From assembly GCA_049513715.1 (NCBI GenBank), contig JBEKVV010000003.1:128001-192000 (forward strand): a stretch of DNA of 64,000 nucleotides, given 5' to 3'. The translations under genes and the position numbers were made by a program. This document shows positions 48,374 to 57,764 of this stretch, piece after piece. Below the pieces are notes generated by a model that saw only the letters and a program-made list of their open reading frames with translations, was not told where the DNA came from and ran no database searches. Source of the DNA: Candidatus Bathyarchaeia archaeon (GTDB lineage: Archaea; Thermoproteota; Bathyarchaeia; 40CM-2-53-6). Each line of letters opens with the position of its first letter. Position 1 is the first letter of the stretch.

Positions 48374-48618
48374 GCTGATTCATCAGGCAATTACATATCT
48401 GCGCAGGTTGGAGAATAGGGTTTGTGGTTCGATACAACGGGATGTATCTGAATTTCGAATAGCCCCGACATTTGTCCGATCGCCGCCAAAAAAGGCGGGG
48501 GCTGTAGAATCATACGCAGGCAACCTTTGTAGACAGCCTAGGATATTCAGAGCAGATTGCAAGGTCTCAAGTGAGCGCATGATGAAGAAAGAAGGCTTCC
48601 AAAGAGTAAGTGAGGAAA

Positions 48619-48861
48619 ATGTCGAGAAATCCCAATAGGGCAGCTCGTAAAGATTTTCTAGTTGAGAAGGAAAAAATCGAAAATTTGCAGGTTCAGGTGG
48701 CGAATATGCTTGAGTATGTGAGGATTGAAGTGAAAGCCGCAGAAGACGAGTACAACTTTAGTCCGGACAAGGGAGTTGCCAGATACATGAGAGCGCTTGG
48801 TAGACTTGAGGGAATTCAACAAGTCAACAAAATAATTGTCAAGTTTTTCGGTGATAAATGA
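48619..48861 (+). CDS. small helical hypothetical protein
   Basis: GTGAGG then ATG; 80 aa. Confidence 0.6.
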   Translation: MSRNPNRAARKDFLVEKEKIENLQVQVANMLEYVRIEVKAAEDEYNFSPDKGVARYMRALGRLEGIQQVNKIIVKFFGDK

Positions 48862-49020
48862 CCACAATCAACTAGGTTGTCCGTGGGGGCGGCATGTGTC
48901 GGAATGCGTAACTTCCAGTACATCTATGTAATTTGGAGTCTTTCGGAGTATTCACAAGTACATTTGAGTCAGCCAAGTACCAAAGTTTACTTGAGGATCA
49001 TTGGAGTAGTTTTGATCGTC

Positions 49021-49345
49021 AAACCGGGCGGACGGGCGGGGTTAGGGGAAGGAGTAGCGAAAGCGACCGAGCCGGGGAAGTCTAAGCGATTCACACGAAA
49101 GCGAAAAACGGTGTAAACGAAAGCAAAGGGGACGGGTCGAAAGTGCTTGCGTGTAAAGTAAAGACACCGTTGCTTAAAGTGAGGAAAGAGCGAGTCACGA
49201 CAATGAGAAATGGGGTAAAGTGAAAAAGGAAAATCAAGCCAGGAGGGGGCAAAACACACGAACCGAAAGCGAACGTAAAGAGAGGAAAAAAGCGGGGGGC
49301 GATAAAGCAACCGAGAGGGTAGTAGTGAATAGAAGAATGTGACCC
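49021..49345. repeat. purine-rich tract with CGAAAGY repeats, candidate ori/oriT
   Basis: CGAAAGY at 49058, 49096, 49118, 49138, 49264; strong strand asymmetry. Confidence 0.5.
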
Positions 49346-50578
49346 TCACTTTTCGCCCTCAATAGTGGGGATGGAGACAACGACTATGTCTATGTATGCT
49401 GAAAGCCAAGAAGGTAACTGATTTTTCAACTCTGTTAGGATCGGTTCGGATTCCTTCGAGCAAACCATCTTTACACGTTCGATGTCGTAGCTGAATGGAG
49501 TGATCATGTTTGCTTGTACTTGTTCTGGATGTGCTCGCACCTCTTCGTCTGTCTCTATGTTCACGGCGTTGCATCCGAACCATTTGAACGAGTCGCTGCT
49601 TGCTCTGTCGAATATGGCTCCGTCAAATCTGTTTAGACCAGGCTGTTGTTGAATGGATAGGTAGAGTTGTGGTCGTGGATGTTGGAATGTCTGGAGGAAA
49701 AATGCTAACTCCATTGCTACGTGCATCATGCCTGTGTTGTCGGTGGATGTTGGAAAGAAAATCTGTCGTGCGAATGGAGTCAGTTGATGTGTGGGTGGAG
49801 GGTGACCACGGTGCCCCTCCCACTCTTTTTGTGTGAGCTGGGTTTGCGAAACGTAACCTGATCTGGTCAGTTTCTTTAGAACGTCTCGAACATCTGTGCT
49901 CTTGAAGCGCTGTATTCGTCCTCGAATGTCTGTGATCGTTGCTTGCCCGATTGTCTGGTTGAGGGAATAGATACCGCCTAAGACATCCCACGTGTCAGGT
50001 ACTAGGTCTTTTTGGTCATTAGTCAGTAGATCGAACGTTCTACTTGCGAGATTTGAGTTCTTCTTGATTTGATCTGCTTTTTGGATTAGCACTTGGATGT
50101 CCAGCGAGAACTTTCTTCCCTCGAATGTGTCGGATTGCTGAAGAGCCGGGGTCGTCGGTATTGGTTGGCTTCGCTTTTGTGATTCTTCTAATGCCGCTAC
50201 TCTGTCTGCAATTTTCTTGACTTCGAGATTGGTATCTTGTTTGAGTACGTTGAGATCGCCCTTAACGTTCTCGGATAGGAGCCACAGCGTGAAGTTGGAA
50301 TCCTGTTTCATCTTGCCATGTGCTTCTCTGTTTGCTTTAATGAATTCGTCTAAGCTGTATTGCAGGTTTTGTTGTTCGTCTTGGTGGAGTTTCTGCTTAC
50401 CTTCGAGTGTCATTAGCGCATTTTGTGTTGCTGCTTCGGCTTTGGTGCGTTCACTCAGTGATTTCTCAATAGCTTCCGTCTCAGCGTCGAAGAGGCATTC
50501 GAGTTCGTGGACTCTCCGTTCTAGTTCCTTGTCTCTGCCCAAAAACTGGCTGAGCTTTTCATTTTTCGTAACTATCAC
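49346..50578 (-). CDS. coiled-coil + wHTH + PD-(D/E)XK-like protein (Replic_Relax-like)
   Basis: LKKLTRSGYV...HQLTPFA, MMH, RFDGAIF...AVNIET. Confidence 0.6.
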   Translation of the reverse strand: MIVTKNEKLSQFLGRDKELERRVHELECLFDAETEAIEKSLSERTKAEAATQNALMTLEGKQKLHQDEQQNLQYSLDEFIKANREAHGKMKQDSNFTLWLLSENVKGDLNVLKQDTNLEVKKIADRVAALEESQKRSQPIPTTPALQQSDTFEGRKFSLDIQVLIQKADQIKKNSNLASRTFDLLTNDQKDLVPDTWDVLGGIYSLNQTIGQATITDIRGRIQRFKSTDVRDVLKKLTRSGYVSQTQLTQKEWEGHRGHPPPTHQLTPFARQIFFPTSTDNTGMMHVAMELAFFLQTFQHPRPQLYLSIQQQPGLNRFDGAIFDRASSDSFKWFGCNAVNIETDEEVRAHPEQVQANMITPFSYDIERVKMVCSKESEPILTELKNQLPSWLSAYIDIVVVSIPTIEGEK

Positions 50579-50723
50579 CCCCTTTTATAGACACTATATA
50601 GGATTTGCTAAAGCTTTATAAAGGCGCGGTTATCCCCGAAAAACGGCGAGAAATTCCCAGTAACAGCACAAATCTTCCTTTAACTCGTAGATCCAGGGTG
50701 CAGTACAGGGACGAAGCCACTGC

Positions 50724-51119
50724 ATGAGTGCCGATGCGGAAGTCGAGTTTCTCCAAGGCTTGCTTGAGGAGTATAAGCTGAAAGTTCCTGAATGGAGGAG
50801 TTATTGTGTGGGGCTATACCGCTCCAACGAGGAGAGAAGCGTTGTCCTCCAACATCACTTGGGATGGTATCATTATACGGGAGAACAGGACGAATTTGAG
50901 AGTGAAAGAGTCAAGCAATGTACTAAGCACATTCAACATTTTATCGCTAGGGTCAGAGAAAAGGGGTTCCTGGTCTCACAACGGAAGAGACATTCATCTC
51001 TTGGACGGGGCGGATGGTATGACTTCTGGAAGATTTCCTTGCAAAAAGACATCGAATTCAAACTTCTTCACAAAGACGCTTTAAGCGACGGGCTGTCGAA
51101 ATATCTCAAATCGGCATAA
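50724..51119 (+). CDS. hypothetical protein
   Basis: 131-aa ATG ORF; palindromic CTTTATAAAG at 50614-50623 in the divergent intergenic region. Confidence 0.6.
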   Translation: MSADAEVEFLQGLLEEYKLKVPEWRSYCVGLYRSNEERSVVLQHHLGWYHYTGEQDEFESERVKQCTKHIQHFIARVREKGFLVSQRKRHSSLGRGGWYDFWKISLQKDIEFKLLHKDALSDGLSKYLKSA

Positions 51120-51126
51120 CATGATG

Positions 51127-51963
51127 CTACTTCATGAACCAGTCTTCGTCAATTCTCGAAATCAGCTCCAATGCAGCTCTGAAAGCCTGTTTACCTTCTT
51201 GCGGACTTGCGGAGTATTTGCGGTGGACGATCTTATCTCGAAACTCCTTGGTTGTACTATGCCAAGCTGAATGTTCTCTCGGAAATTGTGCTGATAGAGT
51301 TTGACCGATAGCTTCTCGATACCACGTCGATACTTTTTCGTCTATCGTCCGTCTCTGAACCCACTCAACAGTCTCGGGTTTCATCTGGAGTCTGTTCACA
51401 AGGAAATCGTCAATAAACAATTCAAAAGCCATTTCAGCACTGACGATTTGCATGGTCGGATCATTTTGAAGTTCATAACCCTTCGAGTCAGCGAGTGATT
51501 GTTTCCAGGAAGCGGCTTGATGACCTATGGATTCGCCAAATGCGAGCCAACTCACGTCAACTGCAGTGAGGAATGTTGGTTCGTTATTGATACCGGTCGA
51601 GCTGAGAATTTGGAAACCCTTCGATGTAGTTCCACAGGGTTCTACGTATATCAGATGTTTTTGAGGTGTAAGGAACACCCTGAAAACTTTCTCAGGAATC
51701 GTGTTATATTCGACGTTTGCGACCTGCCCGACCCGAATTTCAACTGTTCCCGAATCGAACCAAGAACTTCTGATGATGTATTGAGCGAAGATGTTTTCCG
51801 AATAAAAATGATTCAGAATTCCCTCAGATACGCTGAGTTGGTGTTGACATTGGTGGCAGGTAAGCACCTCATTTCGGATCGGAACCGGGAAAGCGTTTGA
51901 GTCAATATCCCAGTTGCGGCTACAATTACCACATTCCACGAACAATCGAAGACCTTGAGGCAA
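51127..51963 (-). CDS. Zn-ribbon + HEPN-like protein
   Basis: CGNC...CHQC at the N-terminus; AFELFI...FRDKIVH at the C-terminus. Confidence 0.75.
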   Translation of the reverse strand: MPQGLRLFVECGNCSRNWDIDSNAFPVPIRNEVLTCHQCQHQLSVSEGILNHFYSENIFAQYIIRSSWFDSGTVEIRVGQVANVEYNTIPEKVFRVFLTPQKHLIYVEPCGTTSKGFQILSSTGINNEPTFLTAVDVSWLAFGESIGHQAASWKQSLADSKGYELQNDPTMQIVSAEMAFELFIDDFLVNRLQMKPETVEWVQRRTIDEKVSTWYREAIGQTLSAQFPREHSAWHSTTKEFRDKIVHRKYSASPQEGKQAFRAALELISRIDEDWFMK

Positions 51964-52255
51964 GGTTCTTTCCCAAGAGTGGGTGGATTACTCACTATGA
52001 TTTCGCTTTTTCGCAGTGCGCCAAGCTTCTACTTGCTTTGCCCGAAAGTTCGAAGAGGTTATCTCCGATTTCGATTTGACAGCAATTCAAGAACAGTTTG
52101 CGATCAGTCACCAGGGAAAAAGTGACAGAATTCTCACAAAACCGTAACGCCGTAGCACCAGGCGCATAAGAGATAATCTGCCACTTTTTCAAATGACACT
52201 CCGAGGGCCAAGAGTCTCTAAATATGAGATTCTCAGACTCTCCTTTGGTAGTTTT

Positions 52256-53314
52256 ATGATTGTTTTCTTGGGAGCAGGTGCTTCGGCTCCATTCGACTTC
52301 CCGACGATGCCTAAACTAGTACATATACTGTGGAACCATCTTTCTGGCAACGATAAAACCCTCTTCAAGCTTCTATGCGCCTCCAAGAATAGTGGAGATA
52401 CAGAAAATGTTCTGATGACGATCGAGCAAATCAGTTCTATAGCAAACAGTCCAATTGCTGCAATATTCAAACCGTATCAATTACCCCCAAGGATAGGCAG
52501 ATTAGCTCTGCCAAGATTGAACTTCGAAACACTGGTACAGAGTCTTAGAAGCCTTCGTGAGCACATGTACGATGAAATCTTTGAGGTTTACCAGACGAAA
52601 CCTATGACTCGATTGAATTTCGAGCTTTACTCGGAGTTGTTCTCGATCATAGGAAAAAAAGCAGAGAGTAAAGGTCACTTGGTGTTTACAACAAACTACG
52701 ACACGATTATTGAAGACTTCTGTGCGGCAACCCAACGGTACGAACTTAGAGATGGATTTGAGCATGACACCACTAGCGGTAGACACCTTTGGAGTGATCT
52801 ATCATTCGACCGACCAGTATCTTATGCTCCCAAGCCCACGATCAAGTTGTTCAAGGTGCATGGATCGTTAGGCTGGAAGGAGAGCATTCCCTATGGTATA
52901 GAAAAAGTAACACTTGAAAAAAGGGTCGAGTCCAGTCCGACTAGTGTGCACACTAGAGACTTGATCATTTACCCAGGTAGTAAGAATCCCCCTGATCGGC
53001 ATCCCTTTACTTACTTGTATGATCGTTTTGAAACAGAAATGAAAACTGCTGATCAGTGCGTGGTGATTGGTTACTCGTTCAGAGACGACTACCTGAATAG
53101 GGTTTTCAGGAATTTCATTTTCTCTCAGCAGAAAAGAAAGAGGCTATACGTAATTAGCAAGACATCGGAAGAAACGCTGTGGAAAAACCTTCTGGGGCTC
53201 AAGCGCAAAGCTGCTTTGAAGCACTATGTTTTCAGTAAGATGGTTATCCCTATTCCCTGCCACTTTGGAGAGAACGGCTGGTCTAAGGAAATCACGGCGA
53301 AACTACAGGAATAG
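52256..53314 (+). CDS. SIR2-like (SIR2_2) domain protein
   Basis: FLGAGAS, FTTNYD, KVHGS, IGYSFRD. Confidence 0.88.
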   Translation: MIVFLGAGASAPFDFPTMPKLVHILWNHLSGNDKTLFKLLCASKNSGDTENVLMTIEQISSIANSPIAAIFKPYQLPPRIGRLALPRLNFETLVQSLRSLREHMYDEIFEVYQTKPMTRLNFELYSELFSIIGKKAESKGHLVFTTNYDTIIEDFCAATQRYELRDGFEHDTTSGRHLWSDLSFDRPVSYAPKPTIKLFKVHGSLGWKESIPYGIEKVTLEKRVESSPTSVHTRDLIIYPGSKNPPDRHPFTYLYDRFETEMKTADQCVVIGYSFRDDYLNRVFRNFIFSQQKRKRLYVISKTSEETLWKNLLGLKRKAALKHYVFSKMVIPIPCHFGENGWSKEITAKLQE

Positions 53315-53343
53315 CGTTTTTTTGGCTATTAGTCCCACGATTT

Positions 53344-53371
53344 GTGGGTTCAAATCCCACCGGCCCCACCA
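53344..53371 (+). repeat. attR, 28-bp direct repeat
   Basis: Identical to 38055-38082. Confidence 0.92.
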
Positions 53372-53633
53372 TATCATGGGTTTAACAGCCCGATTTTGAG
53401 GGCGTTCTTCTCATTTTAACCGTATTCGAAGGCTCCCTGAGTCAAGGCATACGAAGAATTTACTCAGAGTAACTGAGAATGATAAGGATGACTAGAGAGG
53501 GTAACGTCAAGATGACGGTTGCTAGAGCGAATTTTTCTCCCTGTAAATTATCGGTTGCTAACCAACTATTTTGGTTCTGTTAAGACTTCGCGTGATGTTT
53601 TTTCTGTTAAGCATCGGGTGGAGCTACCACACA

Positions 53634-53867
53634 CTAACGGACGACATTGAGCACGCCGTATCTCCACAGGACGAACCAAATGTTAATCAGGAGCGGTATC
53701 AGCGTAACAACAATGACACAGAACGTCAGTACGCCATAGCCGAATTTGACCGTGTAAAATTTCGTTATCTTCACGTGGTTTATTGATATCAGGTAAAATA
53801 TGATTGCGTCGGTAAGACCGATGATGATGATTGCGCGAAGAGTCAAATCATAAAGTAACGAAAACAT
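53634..53867 (-). CDS. small membrane protein
   Basis: Two hydrophobic segments; GGAGGTGA upstream. Confidence 0.6.
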   Translation of the reverse strand: MFSLLYDLTLRAIIIIGLTDAIIFYLISINHVKITKFYTVKFGYGVLTFCVIVVTLIPLLINIWFVLWRYGVLNVVR

Positions 53868-53947
53868 TCAACTCACCTCCTCTGACCATCATGAAAAGGA
53901 TTTCTCATATCAAGCACCAATACACAATCGCCTTCATACAATACCAC

Positions 53948-54226
53948 TCATTTATTCGAGTTCTCTGTTTTCCGAGAAACCACCGCCCAAAAATCCCAAA
54001 CCCAAAATCGCTGATTGTCCGTTCTTCGCAGGTATCTCCACCAGAACTCCAAATTCACTGTAAGAACGAAGAGGGTAAGGGCGGTTATCAAAGCGACCGT
54101 TTCAAAGAAATTAGCCACGAAGGTTTGCATATCGCGTGAAACAGCGTAGAATGCAACAGCGTTTATGAGAGTAACTACGGAAATTACTCGCAGGAACAGA
54201 TGTTCTTTGCTCGTTAATCCTTTCAA
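53948..54226 (-). CDS. small membrane protein
   Basis: Two hydrophobic segments. Confidence 0.55.
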   Translation of the reverse strand: MKGLTSKEHLFLRVISVVTLINAVAFYAVSRDMQTFVANFFETVALITALTLFVLTVNLEFWWRYLRRTDNQRFWVWDFWAVVSRKTENSNK

Positions 54227-54497
54227 CTTTCACGCACCTACCCGATAGGTACACACACATAAAGTAACGAAAGTCCCATTCAACCCTCCTCCTCTCGTTT
54301 CGGCTTTGATGGATTCGATTGACGAGGCTTGACAAAGATAACTATTTACCCACCTTGAGCCCGCATCTTCCATTCCAGTCGGTAATCACCCGTCAACTTA
54401 ACAGAACCACTATTTTTCTGTTAACTGAGAATGCATGTGCCAACCAATTCGTAGGCTAGCTAGCGGGTTCTATGCGATGATCGAACCATTTGTCAAG

Positions 54498-54695
54498 ATG
54501 GATGCTACGAACAAAAAACTTCTGGCACTTCTCGTTGGGCTCATGATTTTTGGCGTAATAGCGATACACATTCAACTGAACGAAACTGTGGCAACTGGAG
54601 CATTCATCGGTACGCTCTTAGCAGGTTCACGATTTCTTGTAAAACCTCGCGTTCAAGTCAAGGAAAACAAGGATACCCACTGCACAATTGGCTAA
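54498..54695 (+). CDS. small membrane protein
   Basis: Two hydrophobic segments from MDATNKK. Confidence 0.45.
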   Translation: MDATNKKLLALLVGLMIFGVIAIHIQLNETVATGAFIGTLLAGSRFLVKPRVQVKENKDTHCTIG

Positions 54696-55196
54696 AAGCA
54701 ATGTAAAGAAATTAGGGTTCGAAGCGATCACATGAAGCATTGGTTCTATTGGGGTAATTGTTGTTGAATTGGTAGCCGCAATATTGGTCACTGCCAAACC
54801 TATTCCGCCTAACATCACTTCAGTTATTACTGAACTAACAATTGGGCTAATTATTATCCCGAGCAGAAATACCGCATAACCTATGCCTTTACCCTTGAAA
54901 AGGTCTGCCTCTTGTCCCCAAGGAATTTTCAGCCACCCTCCTCCACCTCTAACGAAGAGTGTGGTGAGAACTACATCAGCAACTACCCAACCGACTGAGG
55001 CAGAGTAAATGTAGTTCCAGATTGGAAACCATTCCCATCCGATGAAAGTAAGTGCAGCTACAGAACAAATTACGGTTGCAATGGCGTTATCCAGAATCTC
55101 ATGTACAATACCAGTTACAGAAATTGCCAAAGAACTCACTTGGCAGAGGACTCCAATGCGTGATGTGTAGTATTTGGTTAGGGCTTCGTATATCAT
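54627..55196 (-). CDS. membrane protein
   Basis: About five hydrophobic segments; probable start MIYEAL at 55196. Confidence 0.6.
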   Translation of the reverse strand: MIYEALTKYYTSRIGVLCQVSSLAISVTGIVHEILDNAIATVICSVAALTFIGWEWFPIWNYIYSASVGWVVADVVLTTLFVRGGGGWLKIPWGQEADLFKGKGIGYAVFLLGIIISPIVSSVITEVMLGGIGLAVTNIAATNSTTITPIEPMLHVIASNPNFFTLLLANCAVGILVFLDLNARFYKKS

Positions 55197-55324
55197 GGCG
55201 TCAGCAAAATGGTAGCGCGGATCAGCACTTTTACCGGCTGTCTCTTGTGGGTATTTGTTCCCGAAAATAACCCTGTTCTTTTTGGCCAGATTCTGTCCGT
55301 ACCTCTCGTGGCAAATGCGACCAG

Positions 55325-56593
55325 TCAACTGGTTGTCTTCAGTATCTTTTCCAGTTCATCCATTGAAGCGTTAATTGTTGGTATCTCAACCATACCGCGC
55401 ATTGCAGTGCTGGGATCTTTCAGGCCGCTTCCAGTGATCTCCACAACAACGCTGTCCGACCGGTCTAGTTCTCCCTGTAAGACTATTTTCATTAGGCCAG
55501 CGAGTGATGTTACGCCTGACGGTTCTGCGAAGACTCCTTCGTTCTTGGCGAGAATTCGTTGCGCTTCTAGTATCTCTTCGTTTGACACTGCCACCGCTGT
55601 TCCATGTGACTCTCTGATGGCTTTCAAGGCTGCGTCTCCGTCCCATGGAAACGGGTCCATGAGGCCCGTCGCCACTGAGTCAGGCCTCTCCCATGCAACA
55701 ATCTTCATTGGGTCCACGCCTTGCTCGTAGGCGCGTATTACTGGTGCGCAACCGGTCGATTGCACAGCGACCATTCTCGGCTTTGTTCGAATGAAGTCAA
55801 GTTCTTTGAAGTCCAAGTAGCCCTTCCAATTGCCTGCCAAAGCTCCGCCCGCTCCTACGGGCACGAAAACCCAATCAGGCGAATTCCAAGCCAAGCCCTC
55901 GACAATCTCGTAGGACATGGTCTTGGGCCCTTCGGCTTGGTATGGGTTTAGCGGGCCGAAGCTTGGGCACGGGTACCAGCCGTACTTGTCACACACGGCC
56001 TTGAGCATCTTCACCGTCGGGTCTTCCCCGGCCTCAAGCCCGCGAACCTTCACAACCTGAGCACCATACATTGTCAGTTGTGCCAGTTTGCCCGCACTCG
56101 CCATTTCCGGGACGAAGGTTAGGCACTTTAAACCTGCTTTGGCAGAATACGCCGACAAGGCTGCAGCTGCGTTGCCACTCGACGCTGAGACGACGGTATC
56201 ATAGCCTAACTCCACCGCCTTTGACACTCCAACTGTCATCGGCCTATCCTTGAAGGATGATGTGGGGTTCCGGGTGTCGTCGAGTAACCAGAGCCTTTCC
56301 AAACCTAGTGCTTTGCCCAGCCTCTTAGCCGGTAAGAGAGGTGTGCCACCTTCGCCGAGGCTGACAATGTATTTCGGGCCGTTCACGGGCAATAGTTCTC
56401 GGTACCTCCATAGGCCCTTGTCGCGTTTGGAAAGCTCGGCTTGATTAATCGCCTCTCGAACGGCTTCGTAGTCGTAGTAGATGTCTAGCCGCCCGTCATC
56501 GCGATTCGTACACCGAATTGGGCCAGAGCTGAAATCATATTCCTTTCCGCAACGCGCGCATCTGATCTTCTTCACGAAGGAGCTAGATTGCAT
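55325..56593 (-). CDS. thrC: threonine synthase-like PLP enzyme
   Basis: N-terminal CxxC, SLGEGGTPL, NPTSSFKDR, SSGNAA, TGSGLKD. Confidence 0.88.
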   Translation of the reverse strand: MQSSSFVKKIRCARCGKEYDFSSGPIRCTNRDDGRLDIYYDYEAVREAINQAELSKRDKGLWRYRELLPVNGPKYIVSLGEGGTPLLPAKRLGKALGLERLWLLDDTRNPTSSFKDRPMTVGVSKAVELGYDTVVSASSGNAAAALSAYSAKAGLKCLTFVPEMASAGKLAQLTMYGAQVVKVRGLEAGEDPTVKMLKAVCDKYGWYPCPSFGPLNPYQAEGPKTMSYEIVEGLAWNSPDWVFVPVGAGGALAGNWKGYLDFKELDFIRTKPRMVAVQSTGCAPVIRAYEQGVDPMKIVAWERPDSVATGLMDPFPWDGDAALKAIRESHGTAVAVSNEEILEAQRILAKNEGVFAEPSGVTSLAGLMKIVLQGELDRSDSVVVEITGSGLKDPSTAMRGMVEIPTINASMDELEKILKTTS

Positions 56594-56653
56594 TGTGCGA
56601 TTCCACGGGCTCCATGTCTACGGCAAGTGTCAAAGCTCTACTGCGCAGGGATT

Positions 56654-57706
56654 TCACTCGACTATTTCCCAACGTGACTGATACTTGTCCAGCTGTTCAA
56701 CCGTATACTCGTCCAGCGGGTGTTCCCTCTGCGGAACATCGACATGCTTGACTTCCCCGCAGAGTTCTGTTGAGAAGTATCGTTGGCCGGTATCGTTGAC
56801 CATTGTGACGATCGTCTGGTAATCTGGATGCTTTCGAGCGGCCTTGATTGCGGCTGCCACATTACAACCAGAGGAGATTCCGCAGAAGATTCCCTCCTCC
56901 TTCGCGAGCCTCTTCGCCATGGCTATGGCCTCGTCGGAGGTTGTCGTTATTATGCCGGTCAATTGGCTGAGCTCTAAGTTGCGTGGTACGAAACCGTCAC
57001 CGATGCCCTCGATTTTATGCGTCCCCCATTTGCGGTGTGCTAGGATCGGTGCCTCAGATGGCTCAACAGCGTAGAGTGCGATCTTCTTGTTCTTCTCTTT
57101 CAAGAACCTGCCAACACCCGTCAACGTTCCCCCAGTACCCTGGGACGCGAGGAAGCAATCGACCTTGCCCTGACTTTGCTCCCAAATCTCGGGTCCCGTG
57201 GTTTTGTAGTGGGCGGCGATGTTATCTTGGTTGCCAAATTGGCCTGGCTCCCAATATTTCCCCGGGTTTGTTCGTTTCAGTTCAGCTATTTTCTCCAAGC
57301 ACAAGTCAACGTCACTTTCGCCACCGGGCGTTGTGACTACTTGGGCTCCGTAGGAGCGAATGATTTTCACGCGTTCCTGGCTCATGCCCGCGGGCATCAC
57401 CACAGTGACCTTGTAACCCAACGTTGTTCCCACGAACGAGCAAGCGATGCCAGCATTGCCTGTTGACGCCTCCAAGATCTCCATATCAGGCTTGAGGTCG
57501 CCTCGCTCAATCGCTCTCGTGATCATCTCACGGTAGATGCGGTCCTTCAGGCTGCCTGTTGGGTTCATGTACTCGAGTTTGACAAGAATCCGAGCCTTAA
57601 CGCCCTCTGTCTTGGGGATATTTCTGAGCTTGACGAGTGGGGTTCTGCCTATGGTTTCGAATATGCCATCGGCTACGTTTCGCGAATTAGCCCATTCAAT
57701 CATCAT
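56654..57706 (-). CDS. cysteine synthase family PLP enzyme
   Basis: NPTGSLKDR, STGNAG, GTGGT, IEGIG, GISSG; start uncertain. Confidence 0.9.
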   Translation of the reverse strand: MMIEWANSRNVADGIFETIGRTPLVKLRNIPKTEGVKARILVKLEYMNPTGSLKDRIYREMITRAIERGDLKPDMEILEASTGNAGIACSFVGTTLGYKVTVVMPAGMSQERVKIIRSYGAQVVTTPGGESDVDLCLEKIAELKRTNPGKYWEPGQFGNQDNIAAHYKTTGPEIWEQSQGKVDCFLASQGTGGTLTGVGRFLKEKNKKIALYAVEPSEAPILAHRKWGTHKIEGIGDGFVPRNLELSQLTGIITTTSDEAIAMAKRLAKEEGIFCGISSGCNVAAAIKAARKHPDYQTIVTMVNDTGQRYFSTELCGEVKHVDVPQREHPLDEYTVEQLDKYQSRWEIVE

Positions 57707-57764
57707 AAGACAACTGCCGGCCACACAATATGTTCCACGCAATCTTGAAGGTTACTAAACAAGT

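Larger units (their letters stand above)
38055..53371. mobile_element. integrative element / defence island, about 15.3 kb
   Basis: Perfect 28-bp direct repeats at both ends, integrase next to the left repeat, R-M and defence-like cargo. Confidence 0.9.

Noticed and set aside
48987..49349. 120-aa ORF overlapping the stop of the Rep-like gene (GTGA)
   Set aside because: F/S/L/P/R composition is what a pyrimidine-rich strand yields by chance; not called as CDS, though not excluded
38055..53371. Provirus interpretation of the island
   Set aside because: No recognisable capsid, terminase, portal or packaging ATPase
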